Source: an uncultured Microthrixaceae bacterium
Lineage (GTDB): Bacteria > Actinomycetota > Acidimicrobiia > Acidimicrobiales > VFJN01
DNA: 64,000 nt
Reading direction: 5' to 3'
NCBI GenBank assembly: GCA_963703565.1
Contig: CAVPEW010000043.1
Coordinates: forward strand, 2,013 to 66,012
Shown here: positions 20,529-29,798 of the stretch, piece after piece
Layout of the letters: the number at the start of each line of letters is the position of its first letter
Position numbering within the stretch: the stretch's first letter is position 1
Notes under the pieces: model-generated
Databases searched by the model: none
What the model saw: only the letters and a program-made list of their open reading frames with translations
Told to the model about the DNA's origin: nothing
Position numbers and translations under genes: made by a program

Positions 20529-21947
20529 TCAGCCGGCCTGCGAGCCGTCGATCACGTCGTAGGCCACGCGGCCGGCCACGACCGTCGCGAGCACCGAGAT
20601 GCCGGCCAGCTCTTCGTGGGCGACCTCGAGCGGATCGGCGTCGAGCACGACCAGGTCGGCCCTGCCCCCCTCGACCAGGCGCCCGGGCGAAGGGGTCGGC
20701 CCGACCTGCGCCGCGTGTGACGTCACCATGGCCAGCGCCTCCCCAGCTCCGACCCGCTCGCCCGGGCCCAGCCGGCGCGTGACCGCGGCGGCGAGCGACT
20801 CGAGCGGCACGGCGGGCACCACGGGAGCGTCGCTCGATGCGGCCACGGTCACGCCCACGGCGCGCAGGCTGGCCGCCCGGTACAGCCAGTCCTGCTCCAC
20901 CGGTCCGAACTGGGTCGCGTACTTGGCGCCGCGTCGGGCCAGGAACGAGGGCTGGGTGACCACCGCCACACCGCAGACGGCCAGAGCCGCCACCTGTTCG
21001 GGGAGGCACAGCGAGCAGTGCTCGACGCGGTCGGGCGGCGAACCCACCGGGCGCGGATGTCGAGCCAGCACCTCGATCAGGCGGGCCACGCCGTCGACGT
21101 CGGTGACGTGCACCGCCACGGGGTGCTCGGCGGCGCGCGCCCCGGCCAGGACGGCGTCGAGCTCGTCGTCGGAGGGATCGTCGCCCTCGATGACGATCTT
21201 GATGTGGCCCACCGTCAGCCTCCCGTGGCGCGTGCCGAAGCGCAGGCCAGCCGTCGTGGTGGCCGCGTCCGCGCTCACCATGGCGGTCACGGCGGGGCCG
21301 TCGGTGCTCAGCGAGCGGTCGAGCAGGGCCAAGGTGGCGGCGTCGTTGGTCACCGTCGCGTCGGTGAGCGCCACCAGGCCCGCAGCGAGGTGCTCGCCGG
21401 CCTGCTCGGCCAGCGCCGCCACCAGATCCGGCTCGCCCAGCGCCGGCACCCCCGCCAGCGCCGGGGCCCGCGCCGCTACGACGCCGGTGGCGGTGCCGTC
21501 GGGTCGGCGCGAGACCCCGGGGGTGCCGTCCTCGCGCTCGGCGTCGACGCCCAGCGCGACCATGGCTGGCGAGTTGAGGTGGACGACGTGCCCGGCGGCG
21601 TGGTGCACCACCACCGGCACCCGCGGGGCGGCCCGGTCGAGCACGGCGCGCGGCAGCGGGTCACCGGTCGGGCCCGGTCGGTCCATCAGCGCCTCGTCGA
21701 AGCCGACGGCGCGGACCCAACCGTCCGAGCGCGCCGGCTGGCGGGCCGCGTCGGCCACCAAACGAGCGAGCGCGGCCAGGTCGGGGGCGCGCTCTGGTCC
21801 CAAGTCGAGCGACAGCTTGGCGGCGGCGGCCGCCAGCAGGTGCAGGTGCGGGTCGACGAAGCCGGGCACCACGACCGCGCCGGGCGGCAGGGGCACGGCG
21901 TCGGGTCCGGGGCCGAGGCCGACGACGCGCCCGTCGCGAACCGTCAC
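20529..21947 (-). CDS. Amidohydrolase_3 family protein
   Basis: VVPGFVDPHLH, VAVH, DRVEHCS, TQPSF, SSDAPV, GRLVEGGRADLVVLD. True start may lie somewhat upstream. Confidence 0.85.
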   Translation of the reverse strand: MTVRDGRVVGLGPGPDAVPLPPGAVVVPGFVDPHLHLLAAAAAKLSLDLGPERAPDLAALARLVADAARQPARSDGWVRAVGFDEALMDRPGPTGDPLPRAVLDRAAPRVPVVVHHAAGHVVHLNSPAMVALGVDAEREDGTPGVSRRPDGTATGVVAARAPALAGVPALGEPDLVAALAEQAGEHLAAGLVALTDATVTNDAATLALLDRSLSTDGPAVTAMVSADAATTTAGLRFGTRHGRLTVGHIKIVIEGDDPSDDELDAVLAGARAAEHPVAVHVTDVDGVARLIEVLARHPRPVGSPPDRVEHCSLCLPEQVAALAVCGVAVVTQPSFLARRGAKYATQFGPVEQDWLYRAASLRAVGVTVAASSDAPVVPAVPLESLAAAVTRRLGPGERVGAGEALAMVTSHAAQVGPTPSPGRLVEGGRADLVVLDADPLEVAHEELAGISVLATVVAGRVAYDVIDGSQAG

Positions 21948-22015
21948 GCCCTCGGCCAGGGGTCGGCGGGGGTCGCCGGTGCGGACCGTGGCCCGCCAAG
22001 AGGCCGCCGGGGCGC

Positions 22016-23575
22016 TCAGCTCCCGATCGATCCCAGCGACTCGGTCAGGACGGGCAGGAGATCGCGCCGCAGGACCTTTCCGGTCGAGGTGCGAGGCAGC
22101 TCCTCGAGCAGGAGCACCTCCTCGGGTCGCTTGAACGAGGCCAGCCGCTCTGCGCAGAAGGCGACGAGGTCCTCGGCAGTGGTGTCCGAACCCTCCCGCA
22201 CCACCGCCGCGGCGACGACGCGCTCCCCCCAGGTCTCGTCCGGCGTGCCGACCACCGCGGCCTCCACCACGTCGGGATGCTCGTAGAGCACCCCCTCGAC
22301 CTCCTCGGGCGAGACGTTCTCGCCTCCGCGGATGATCATGTCGCCCGCCCGGCCGACCAGGAACAGGTACCCGTCCTCATCGATGCGGCCCAGGTCGCCG
22401 GTGTGGACCCAACCATCGTCGTCGAGGGTGACCCTCGTCTTCTCCTTGGCCCCCCAGTAGCCGGTCATGGCCCGGAAGGTGCGCAGCTGCACCTCACCGA
22501 TCTCGTCGGGGCCGAGCTCGTTGCCCTCGGGGTCCACGACTCGCAGCTCCACGTCGTCGAGGGGCCGCCCGACCGACGACAGCCGCCGGCGCCGGGCCTC
22601 TACCTCCGGTCCCTCGCCGTGGATCCGGTGGTCGTCGGGACCCAGCACCGTGACCGTCGAGGTCGTCTCGGTCTGGCCGTACGCGCCCGACCACGACACG
22701 TCCTGCGGGAAGGCCTCGATGGCTCTGCGGATCACCGCCGGAGGCATCGGTGCGGCACCGTAGGTGATCATCTGCAAGCTGGACAGGTCGGCGTCGCCCA
22801 GCCCCGGTTCGTCGAGCAGGCGGGCGAGCATCGTCGGCACCAGGAACGAGTGGGTGACGCGGTGCCGGGCCACGGCGTCGAGCCAGGCGGTCGGCTCGAA
22901 CTGGGGCAGCAGCACGGTCGTGCGCCCCGAGTACAGCGGGTTGAGCAGCGATGTCAGCCCGGCGATGTGGTAAAGGGGCGCGGACAGCAGCGAGATGCCC
23001 TCGTCGGTCCCGTCTGCGGCGTCGTTGGCCGCCATCACGTACCCGGTGAAGCCGCCGTGGGTGAGCATCACGCCCTTGGGCAGCGATGTCGTCCCGCTGG
23101 TGTAGAGCAGGATGGCCAGCTCGGCGTCGTCGACGTCGGCCACCTCGTAGTCCGGCTCGGCCGCGTCGCGCGCCGCCGCGTAGCCGTCGGGGTCGTCGAG
23201 CACGACCACCTGGCCGAGCGCCTCGGAGCGGACCTCGTCGACCATCGACCGGTAGCGCGACTCCACGAAGAGGACCTTGGCACCCGAGTCGCCGAGCAGG
23301 TGGCGCAGCTCGTCCTGCTTGGCCCGGAAGTTCATCGGGACCGCGGTGGCGCCCAGCGACGCCGTGCCCAGCAGCACCTCGACGAGCTCGATCCTGTTCG
23401 TGGACAAGATGCCGACCCGGTCGCCGGGCGCGATGCCGTAGGAGGCCAGCAGGCCGGCGGCCCCGGCCACGCCGGCCCTCAGCTCCCCGTAGGTCCGGGA
23501 CCGCTCGGCGTCTCTCAGAGCGACGTGGTCCTCCACGATCATCGCGGGGATGTCGATCAGCATGGCCAGGTTCAT
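22016..23575 (-). CDS. Acyl-CoA synthetase (AMP-binding)
   Basis: LYTSGTTSLPKGV, YGQTE, WVHTGDLG, IIRGGENV, PRTSTGKV. Confidence 0.93.
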   Translation of the reverse strand: MNLAMLIDIPAMIVEDHVALRDAERSRTYGELRAGVAGAAGLLASYGIAPGDRVGILSTNRIELVEVLLGTASLGATAVPMNFRAKQDELRHLLGDSGAKVLFVESRYRSMVDEVRSEALGQVVVLDDPDGYAAARDAAEPDYEVADVDDAELAILLYTSGTTSLPKGVMLTHGGFTGYVMAANDAADGTDEGISLLSAPLYHIAGLTSLLNPLYSGRTTVLLPQFEPTAWLDAVARHRVTHSFLVPTMLARLLDEPGLGDADLSSLQMITYGAAPMPPAVIRRAIEAFPQDVSWSGAYGQTETTSTVTVLGPDDHRIHGEGPEVEARRRRLSSVGRPLDDVELRVVDPEGNELGPDEIGEVQLRTFRAMTGYWGAKEKTRVTLDDDGWVHTGDLGRIDEDGYLFLVGRAGDMIIRGGENVSPEEVEGVLYEHPDVVEAAVVGTPDETWGERVVAAAVVREGSDTTAEDLVAFCAERLASFKRPEEVLLLEELPRTSTGKVLRRDLLPVLTESLGSIGS

Positions 23576-23839
23576 CGGTCTGCCTTCCGGGATTCGTGCG
23601 GCCAACGCACTCGTGGGCCGTGTTGTCGGACGTGGCTGCGCCGGGGCGATCGGGTCGCGTCCAGACACGCGGCTCGGTCCCCCACGCAGCGGTGCACGGC
23701 CGGTGATGCTCGCATACGGCGACCCCCCGCCGCCCGTCCCGGTACCCTCCGCGGCCGTGGCCCGCCCCGGAACCGCCCGCGCCGGAGCGGGCGGCGGGGC
23801 CCGACCCGGCACGGCGCCGGCAGGGTCGGCGAGGCGGCG

Positions 23840-24782
23840 GTGAACGCCCTGGCCACCGCGCTCGCGGTGAGGGGCCCCTTCGACGAGGTGGTCGAACAGG
23901 CCCGCCTGGTGGCCGGATTGGGCTACGAGTCCATCTGGGTGCCCGAGATCGCCGGGCGCGACGCCCTGGTGACCTGCGCCGCGCTGGCCGCGCAGGTGCC
24001 CGGCACCCCCCTGGCCACCGGGATCGTCCCCCTGCCCACCCGCAGCCCGGTGCTGTTGGGTATGGGTGCGGCGGCGCTGGCCGAGATCACCGGCGGGCGG
24101 TTCACCCTCGGTGTCGGAGTCGGTCACGTCGAGACCCTCGGGCCCTGGTTCGGGCGGGACGCGATCGACCTCGTCGGAGTTCGCGCCCACCTCGAGGTGC
24201 TGCGCTCGCTGCTGCACGAGGGAGCCGTGCAGCGCCGGGCGGGCGGCGGCCTGCCCGAGCTGTCGATGACCTTGCGCGGCGTGCACCCCCCGGCGCCGCC
24301 GCCCGTGCTGCTCGCCGCGCTCGGGGCCCCGGATGGCGCAACTGGGCGGGGCAGCGGCAGACGGGGTCGTCCTCAACTGGACCACTCCCGAACGCACCGC
24401 GCGGATGGCACGGTGGGCCCGGGACGGCGCAGAGGCCGCCGGGCGCGACCCCGAGGCGGTTCAGGTGGCCTGCTACCTGCCCGCCTGCGTGGGTGACCCC
24501 GCCTCGGCGCGAGCCCAGCTGGCCCGCCAGCTCGGGGCATACGGCGTGCTGGGGGCATACCGCCGCCGTCTCGAGGAGGACCTCGGACCCTTCGACCCCA
24601 CCGATCCCCCGGATGCCGTGCTCGACGCGCTCGGGGCGCACGGCGAGCCGGACGAGGTGCTGGAGCGCATCGACGAGCACCAGCGGGCCGGTGCCACCCT
24701 GGTCGTGCTCACCCCCTACCCCGAGGGCGAGGACCCCTGGGCATCGCTGTCGGGCACCTGGGCGGCGCTGGCCCCCGCCTGA
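23840..24782 (+). CDS. LLM-class (luciferase-like) flavin/F420-dependent oxidoreductase, apparent +1 frameshift at 24323-24326
   Basis: GYESIWVPE, GRFTLGVG. Removing one G from the GGGG run gives LAALGPRMAQLGGAAADGVVLNW, joining ORF 24333..24782. Confidence 0.82.
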
Positions 24783-25504
24783 GCCCACGCCAGGCGCCGC
24801 TCGGTGCGCAACCCCTCGGCCAGGGGCAGGTCCCAAGCGGCGCGCAGGGCCCGCTTCGCGGCCCGGGCGGCGTCGGACCGCCGGACCAGGCGGGCCGCCA
24901 GCTCGAGCGCCGCGCCGTCCACGTCGTGCTCCAGCCGGTGCACGATGCCCAGCCGCAACGCCTCGTCGGCGTCGACGTTGGCCGCGCCGAGCACCACCGG
25001 CAGGGCCCGGGCCGGCCCGATCGCACGCGTGAGGCTCTGGGTGCCCCCCGCCGAGGGCAGCATGCCCAGCTTGGTCTCCGGGAGGCCGACCACCGTGTCG
25101 GGGGCGGCCAGGCGCACGTCGCACAGCAGTGGCATCTCCAGGCCCGCGCCCAGCGCGTAGCCGTGCAGGGCGACCACGACGGGCTGGGCCAGAGCGAGCA
25201 GCGGCGTCCACGGGTCGCGTCGCCAGCGGATCCTGCGGGCGGCCAGGATCGACCGCGCCGTGCCGAACTCGCCCAGGTCGGCGCCGGCGGAGAAGTGGCG
25301 GCCGTCGGCGCGCAGCACGACCGCTCCGATCTCGCTGTCGGCGCCGAGGGCCGCGAACACGTCGATGAGCTCGTCTCGCATGGCCAGGTCGTAGATGTTC
25401 AGGGGGGGGTGGGCGAGGCTCACGACCGCCACACCGTCGTCTCCCCGCTCGAAGCGGATCCGCGCGTTGCCGTCGTCGGCGTTCCCGGCGCCGTCGTCGC
25501 TCAT
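24716..25504 (-). CDS. Enoyl-CoA hydratase/isomerase (crotonase)
   Basis: HFSAGADL, LHGYALGAGLE, GLPETKLGMLPSAGGTQ. Confidence 0.9.
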   Translation of the reverse strand: MSDDGAGNADDGNARIRFERGDDGVAVVSLAHPPLNIYDLAMRDELIDVFAALGADSEIGAVVLRADGRHFSAGADLGEFGTARSILAARRIRWRRDPWTPLLALAQPVVVALHGYALGAGLEMPLLCDVRLAAPDTVVGLPETKLGMLPSAGGTQSLTRAIGPARALPVVLGAANVDADEALRLGIVHRLEHDVDGAALELAARLVRRSDAARAAKRALRAAWDLPLAEGLRTERRLAWAQAGASAAQVPDSDAQGSSPSG

Positions 25505-26716
25505 GCGAGCGCGCCCATCGGTGCGGTCGGCAGGTCTGCAGGGTCGAGCCCGCGGCTGACCAACATGCCGGCCAGGGCGTCGGCGGCCGGCGCCAGCGGG
25601 CGCTCGAGCATCGCGGCGCGCTCCGACGGGCCACAGCGCGACGCGAGCACCGCCACCGGCGCGCTCAGGGGCGCCTCGCGGCGCCCTCCGCGTCCGGTGC
25701 GCTCCCGTTCCACGAGGCCCTCGACCACGGCGGCCGCGGCAGCCAGCCCGGCCAGGGGGTCGGGGTAGGTGACCTCCGGGGCGTGCATGCCCAGGCTGCC
25801 GAGGTCGCCGAGCCCGCAGTGGGCGTGCACGCCGGTGCCGTAGGCGACCCACCCGCGGCGCGCCCCGGTGCCGGAGAACGCGGGCACGGCCACGTGGACC
25901 AGGTGGGGATGGCGCGTGGCGAGGATCTCGGGGCCCAGGCCCAGGTTGGGCAGCACCCGCGCCGAGAACGAGTCGACCAGGACATCGGCACGACCCAGCA
26001 GCGCTTCGAGGTGAGCGAGGTCGCCACGATCCCTCAGGTCGAGCGGCAGCCGAGACTTGTGGCGATCCAGCGAGGCGAACAGGGCCGGCTGGGCACGCAG
26101 GCCGTCGGGGCGCACCTGGTGCTCCACCGTGACCACCTCCGCCCCCAGGGCGCCAAGGAGCCAGGTGCACAGCGGACCAGCCCACATGGCCGTGCAGTCC
26201 AGGACCCGCACGCCCGCCAGCGGCGTCGCGGGCCGCACGGGCCCCAAGCCCACCGTCGGGGCAGTCGAGCCGTCGCCCGGCGCGCGTGGTGCGACGCAGG
26301 TCGCAGCCGGCTCGACGCGAGCCGGCCGGTACGCGACGACGGGCAGGCGCCAGGTCTGCGCCTCGAGCTTCCACGTCGGTCGCGGTGGCCTGGGCGTCGA
26401 GGGTGGCCAGCATGCGGGCGTAGGCCTCCTCGTCGCCGGGGGCGCCCAGGTCGGCGGCCAGCCACCCGCCTCCCGGTGCGCGGCGCGGGGCGGCCGGTGG
26501 GGACCAGGACCCGTCGCGTCGCAGGGCGGTGAGCACCGCCGGCGCGAGGACGAGGGCGCCCACGCCGACGGGATCGACGCCCACGGCGGCTCCTGCACAG
26601 CGCTGCAACGCCGCCCCCGCCCGCACGGCGAGCTCGACGGCGAGAGCGATCGTGCCCGCCGGGACGCCCCCCTCCGGGACCGTGCCGGGCGGCACAGACT
26701 GCGCCGCGGTGCTCAT
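25501..26716 (-). CDS. Class III CoA transferase, apparent +1 frameshift near 26369
   Basis: C-terminal frame has PLAGVRVLD...WAGP...LGAEVVTVE...LDRHK. The N-terminal frame starts at ATG 26716, coupled to the upstream crotonase; removing one A gives DVELEAQTWRLP. Confidence 0.75.
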
Positions 26717-27450
26717 CGCCCCTCGAAGCGGGGGGGGCGCTTGTCGAAGAAGGCTGCGAGCCCCTCGGCGCGGTCGGTGGTCGTCTGCAGGAGGTGGTTC
26801 AGGTCACCCTCGAGGCGCAACCCGTCCGCGAGGGTCAGATCAGCGCCCCGGGCCACCGCCTCCTTGGCCAGGCCCAGCGCCCGGGGTGCGAGCGCGCCGA
26901 GCTGGTCGAGGGTCGCTGCCAGCGCCTCCTCGAGCTCGCCGTCGTCGACGACGCGATGCACGACGCCCGCCTCCAGCGCGCTCCGGGCATCGAGCACGTC
27001 GCCGGTCAGCACCAGCGCGCTCGCCCGGGCATGGCCGGCCGCACGCGCCAACCTCTGCGTGCCGCCCCAGCAGGGCAGCCGCCCGGCCTGCACGTCGGGC
27101 AGCGAGAAGCGGGCGGTCGAGGCGGCCACGACCACGTCGACGCCCAAGACCAGTTCGCAGCCCACCCCGGTGGCGGCGCCTGCGACCGCGGCCACCACGG
27201 GTACCGTCAGCGCCGCGAGCAGGCCCGGCGGATCCGGGACCACCGAGAGCGGGTCCAGGTCGCTCGCCGGGCCCGGGCAGAAGTCGGGGCTGGCCGAGCG
27301 CAGGGCCAACAGCGTCAGATCGTCGTCCTCGCCGAGGTCCTCGACGACAGCGACCAGCTCGGCGGCTTCCCGGGCCGTGAGCGGCCCACCCGAGAGGGTG
27401 ACGGTGGCGACGGTGCCGGCGCGCTCGACCGCCAGGCGGTCCAGGCGCAC
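26713..27450 (-). CDS. Enoyl-CoA hydratase/isomerase-like protein (degenerate oxyanion motif)
   Basis: AVAGAATGVGCEL, FSLPD, WGGTQRL, DRAEGLAAFFDKRPPRFEGR. Confidence 0.85.
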   Translation of the reverse strand: MRLDRLAVERAGTVATVTLSGGPLTAREAAELVAVVEDLGEDDDLTLLALRSASPDFCPGPASDLDPLSVVPDPPGLLAALTVPVVAAVAGAATGVGCELVLGVDVVVAASTARFSLPDVQAGRLPCWGGTQRLARAAGHARASALVLTGDVLDARSALEAGVVHRVVDDGELEEALAATLDQLGALAPRALGLAKEAVARGADLTLADGLRLEGDLNHLLQTTTDRAEGLAAFFDKRPPRFEGR

Positions 27451-27456
27451 TTCCGA

Positions 27457-27600
27457 TCAGTCGGCCGAAGCCGTCTTCTTGGGCTCGAGCTGGGCCATGG
27501 TCACCCCGCAGCAGTCCAGGTCGCCGGGGCTCACCTTGGTCACCAGGACCTCGGTGCCGCAGCTCTCGCAGCGGTAGCGCTTGCCGACCTTCAACGACAT
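27457..27600 (-). CDS. Desulforedoxin-like Cys4 microprotein (47 aa), not in the ORF track
   Basis: Hand translation MSLKVGKRYRCESCGTEVLVTKVSPGDLDCCGVTMAQLEPKKTASAD; C-x2-C-x15-CC; G-rich RBS upstream. Confidence 0.85.
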   Translation of the reverse strand: MSLKVGKRYRCESCGTEVLVTKVSPGDLDCCGVTMAQLEPKKTASAD

Positions 27601-27670
27601 CTCGACCCCCTGATCGCTTGGCTTGTTGTCACGGCGGAGGCGCCCGTCGGGCGCGCGGGCCGTGTCGAGC

Positions 27671-27787
27671 TCACTTGGGCTTCATCGGTGTCGAGCAGCA
27701 GCGGACCTCGCCGTCGCCGGCCTTGGTGACCACGATCTCCGACCCGCACTGCTCGCACTTGAGCCGCTTGCCTGCCTCGTTCGCCAT
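27671..27787 (-). CDS. Desulforedoxin-like Cys4 microprotein (38 aa), not in the ORF track
   Basis: Hand translation MANEAGKRLKCEQCGSEIVVTKAGDGEVRCCSTPMKPK; C-x2-C-x15-CC; TATGGT -10-like box 8 nt before the ATG. Confidence 0.85.
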   Translation of the reverse strand: MANEAGKRLKCEQCGSEIVVTKAGDGEVRCCSTPMKPK

Positions 27788-27901
27788 GGCCGGGCACCAT
27801 ATCGCCTGGGGGCAGGGGGTCCGTCACCGGTGCCGATCCCGGCGCGTGCCGGGCGATCGCGATCGCGGGCGCGTCGCGGCCCGGGGCGCGACGATGCTGA
27901 G

Positions 27902-28615
27902 GTGCCCACGCCGTTCGAGTCGCTGCGGGTGATGGCCACCCAAGCGGTTCGTACCGGCGAGGGCGTCCATCACGTGGAGCAGTTCAGCGCCGACGGCCTT
28001 CTGAGCACCCTGTGGCACGGGGGGCTCTGGGACGCGGAGCCAGGCCGAGGTCCCGAAGCCGTGGTGGTGTGCGCGTCGGGGGCGATGGGAGGTCTGCTGG
28101 GTCCCGCCCGGGGCGTCTACCACCGCCTCGGCGAGGCGCTCGCGGCCACCGGGATCGCCACCGTGCGCATCGGCTGGCGGGCGCCCAACGACCTGGCTCG
28201 ATGCGTGGTCGACGCGGTCGCCGTGCTCGAGCTCGCCCTGCGGCGCGGCGCCCGGCGGGCCGTGGTCGTGGGCCACAGCTTCGGCGGCGCCGTTGCCGTG
28301 CAGGCCGGCGCGGCCACTGCGCCGTTCACGGTCGGTGTGGTGACCCTCGCCACCCAGTCGGCTGGCTGTGAGGGCGCGGGCGCGCTCGCCGGGACGCCGC
28401 TGCTGTGCGTGCACGGCGACGCCGACGAGCTGCTCCCGGTCTCGTGCTCGACCACCGTCGCCGGGCTCGCCGGGGGGAAGGTGGCGGTCATCGCCGGTGC
28501 CGGGCACCTCCTCGACACCGCCGATGACGCGCTCTTCACACTGCTCGAGGGCTGGATCACCGACGTGCTCTCGCCTCGTACCCCGGCTGGTTCGGCCGAC
28601 CTTGGTGAGACATGA
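27902..28615 (+). CDS. Alpha/beta hydrolase
   Basis: GHSFGG nucleophile elbow, VHGDAD, GAGH. Start estimated. Confidence 0.8.
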   Translation: MPTPFESLRVMATQAVRTGEGVHHVEQFSADGLLSTLWHGGLWDAEPGRGPEAVVVCASGAMGGLLGPARGVYHRLGEALAATGIATVRIGWRAPNDLARCVVDAVAVLELALRRGARRAVVVGHSFGGAVAVQAGAATAPFTVGVVTLATQSAGCEGAGALAGTPLLCVHGDADELLPVSCSTTVAGLAGGKVAVIAGAGHLLDTADDALFTLLEGWITDVLSPRTPAGSADLGET

Positions 28616-28663
28616 GCAGGCAGGTGTATCGTCCGAGCACCGCAGACGACGAAGGGGGAAGGC

Positions 28664-29776
28664 ATGCAGACCAAGGCCGCGATCCTGTGGGAGGTCGGCA
28701 AGGACTGGAGCGTCGAGGAGGTGGAGCTCGACGAGCCCAAGGTGGGTGAGGTCCTGGTGCGCATGGCCGCCTCGGGCATGTGCCACAGCGACGAGCACCT
28801 CGTCACGGGCGACCTGCCCTTCGCCCTTCCGATCATCGGCGGTCACGAGGGCGCCGGCACCATCGAGAAGGTGGGCCCGGGCGTGTCGTGGCTCTCGCCG
28901 GGCGACAAGGTGGTCTTCGGCTTCGTGCCGTCGTGCGGGCGCTGCCCGTCGTGTTCGACCGGTCACCAGAGCCTGTGCGACCTGGGCGCCTACCTGGCGA
29001 CCGGCAAGCAGATCTCCGACGGGACCTCGCGCCACCACGCGCAGGGCCAGGACCTCAACCTGATGTGCCTGGTCGGCTCGTTCAGCCACCACACCGTGGT
29101 CAACGAGGCCAGCTGCATCAAGGTCGACCCCGACACCCCCTTGGACAAGGCCTGTCTGCTCGGCTGCGGCGTAATCACCGGTTGGGGCTCGGCGGTCTAC
29201 GCGGGAGAGATCGGCCCCGGTGACGTGGTGGTGGTCATCGGTGTGGGCGGCATCGGTGCCTCCGCCATCCAGGGGGCACGTCTCGCCGGCGCCAAGAAGA
29301 TCCTCGCCATCGACCCGGTCGAGTTCAAGCGGGAGGAGGCGATGAAGTTCGGCGCCACCCACACCGCATCCTCGATCCAGGAGGCCCAGGGCGTCCTCAG
29401 CGAGATCAGCTGGGGCCGTATGGCCGACAAGGTCGTGTGCGCGATGGGCGTCGGGTCGGGCGAGCTGATGCTCGAGATCCAGGGCCTGACCGCAAAGCGC
29501 GGCCGCATCGTGGCCACCAACGTCCACCCGGCGCTGGAGTTCGACGTGAAGATGTCGATGACCGACCTGACCCTCACCGAGAAGCAGCTCGTCGGGTCGA
29601 TCTACGGCTCGGGCAACGCCCGCGCCGACATCCCCAAGATGCTCGAGCTCTACGCGGCCGGCCAGCTCGACCTCGACGGCCTGATCACCCGCACGTACCC
29701 GCTCGCGGGCATCAACGACGGCTACGAAGACATGCGCGCCGCACGCAACGTCCGCGGCGTGCTCGTCTACGAGTGA
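28664..29776 (+). CDS. Zn-dependent NDMA-type (nicotinoprotein) alcohol dehydrogenase
   Basis: GMCHSDEH, GGHEGAG, CGRCPSCSTGHQSLC, ACLLGCG...GWGSAV, GVGGIG. Confidence 0.9.
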   Translation: MQTKAAILWEVGKDWSVEEVELDEPKVGEVLVRMAASGMCHSDEHLVTGDLPFALPIIGGHEGAGTIEKVGPGVSWLSPGDKVVFGFVPSCGRCPSCSTGHQSLCDLGAYLATGKQISDGTSRHHAQGQDLNLMCLVGSFSHHTVVNEASCIKVDPDTPLDKACLLGCGVITGWGSAVYAGEIGPGDVVVVIGVGGIGASAIQGARLAGAKKILAIDPVEFKREEAMKFGATHTASSIQEAQGVLSEISWGRMADKVVCAMGVGSGELMLEIQGLTAKRGRIVATNVHPALEFDVKMSMTDLTLTEKQLVGSIYGSGNARADIPKMLELYAAGQLDLDGLITRTYPLAGINDGYEDMRAARNVRGVLVYE

Positions 29777-29798
29777 TCCCCACGGTCGCCGGCTCCCG

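Noticed and set aside
24716..26716. Apparent 666-aa fusion of an unknown N-terminus to a crotonase
   Set aside because: Artefact of the +1 frameshift in the CoA transferase; the crotonase has its own ATG at 25504 overlapping the transferase stop.
27457..27787. Microproteins as RiPP precursors or metallothioneins
   Set aside because: No radical SAM, YcaO or lanthipeptide enzymes nearby, and the four-Cys spacing matches desulforedoxin.
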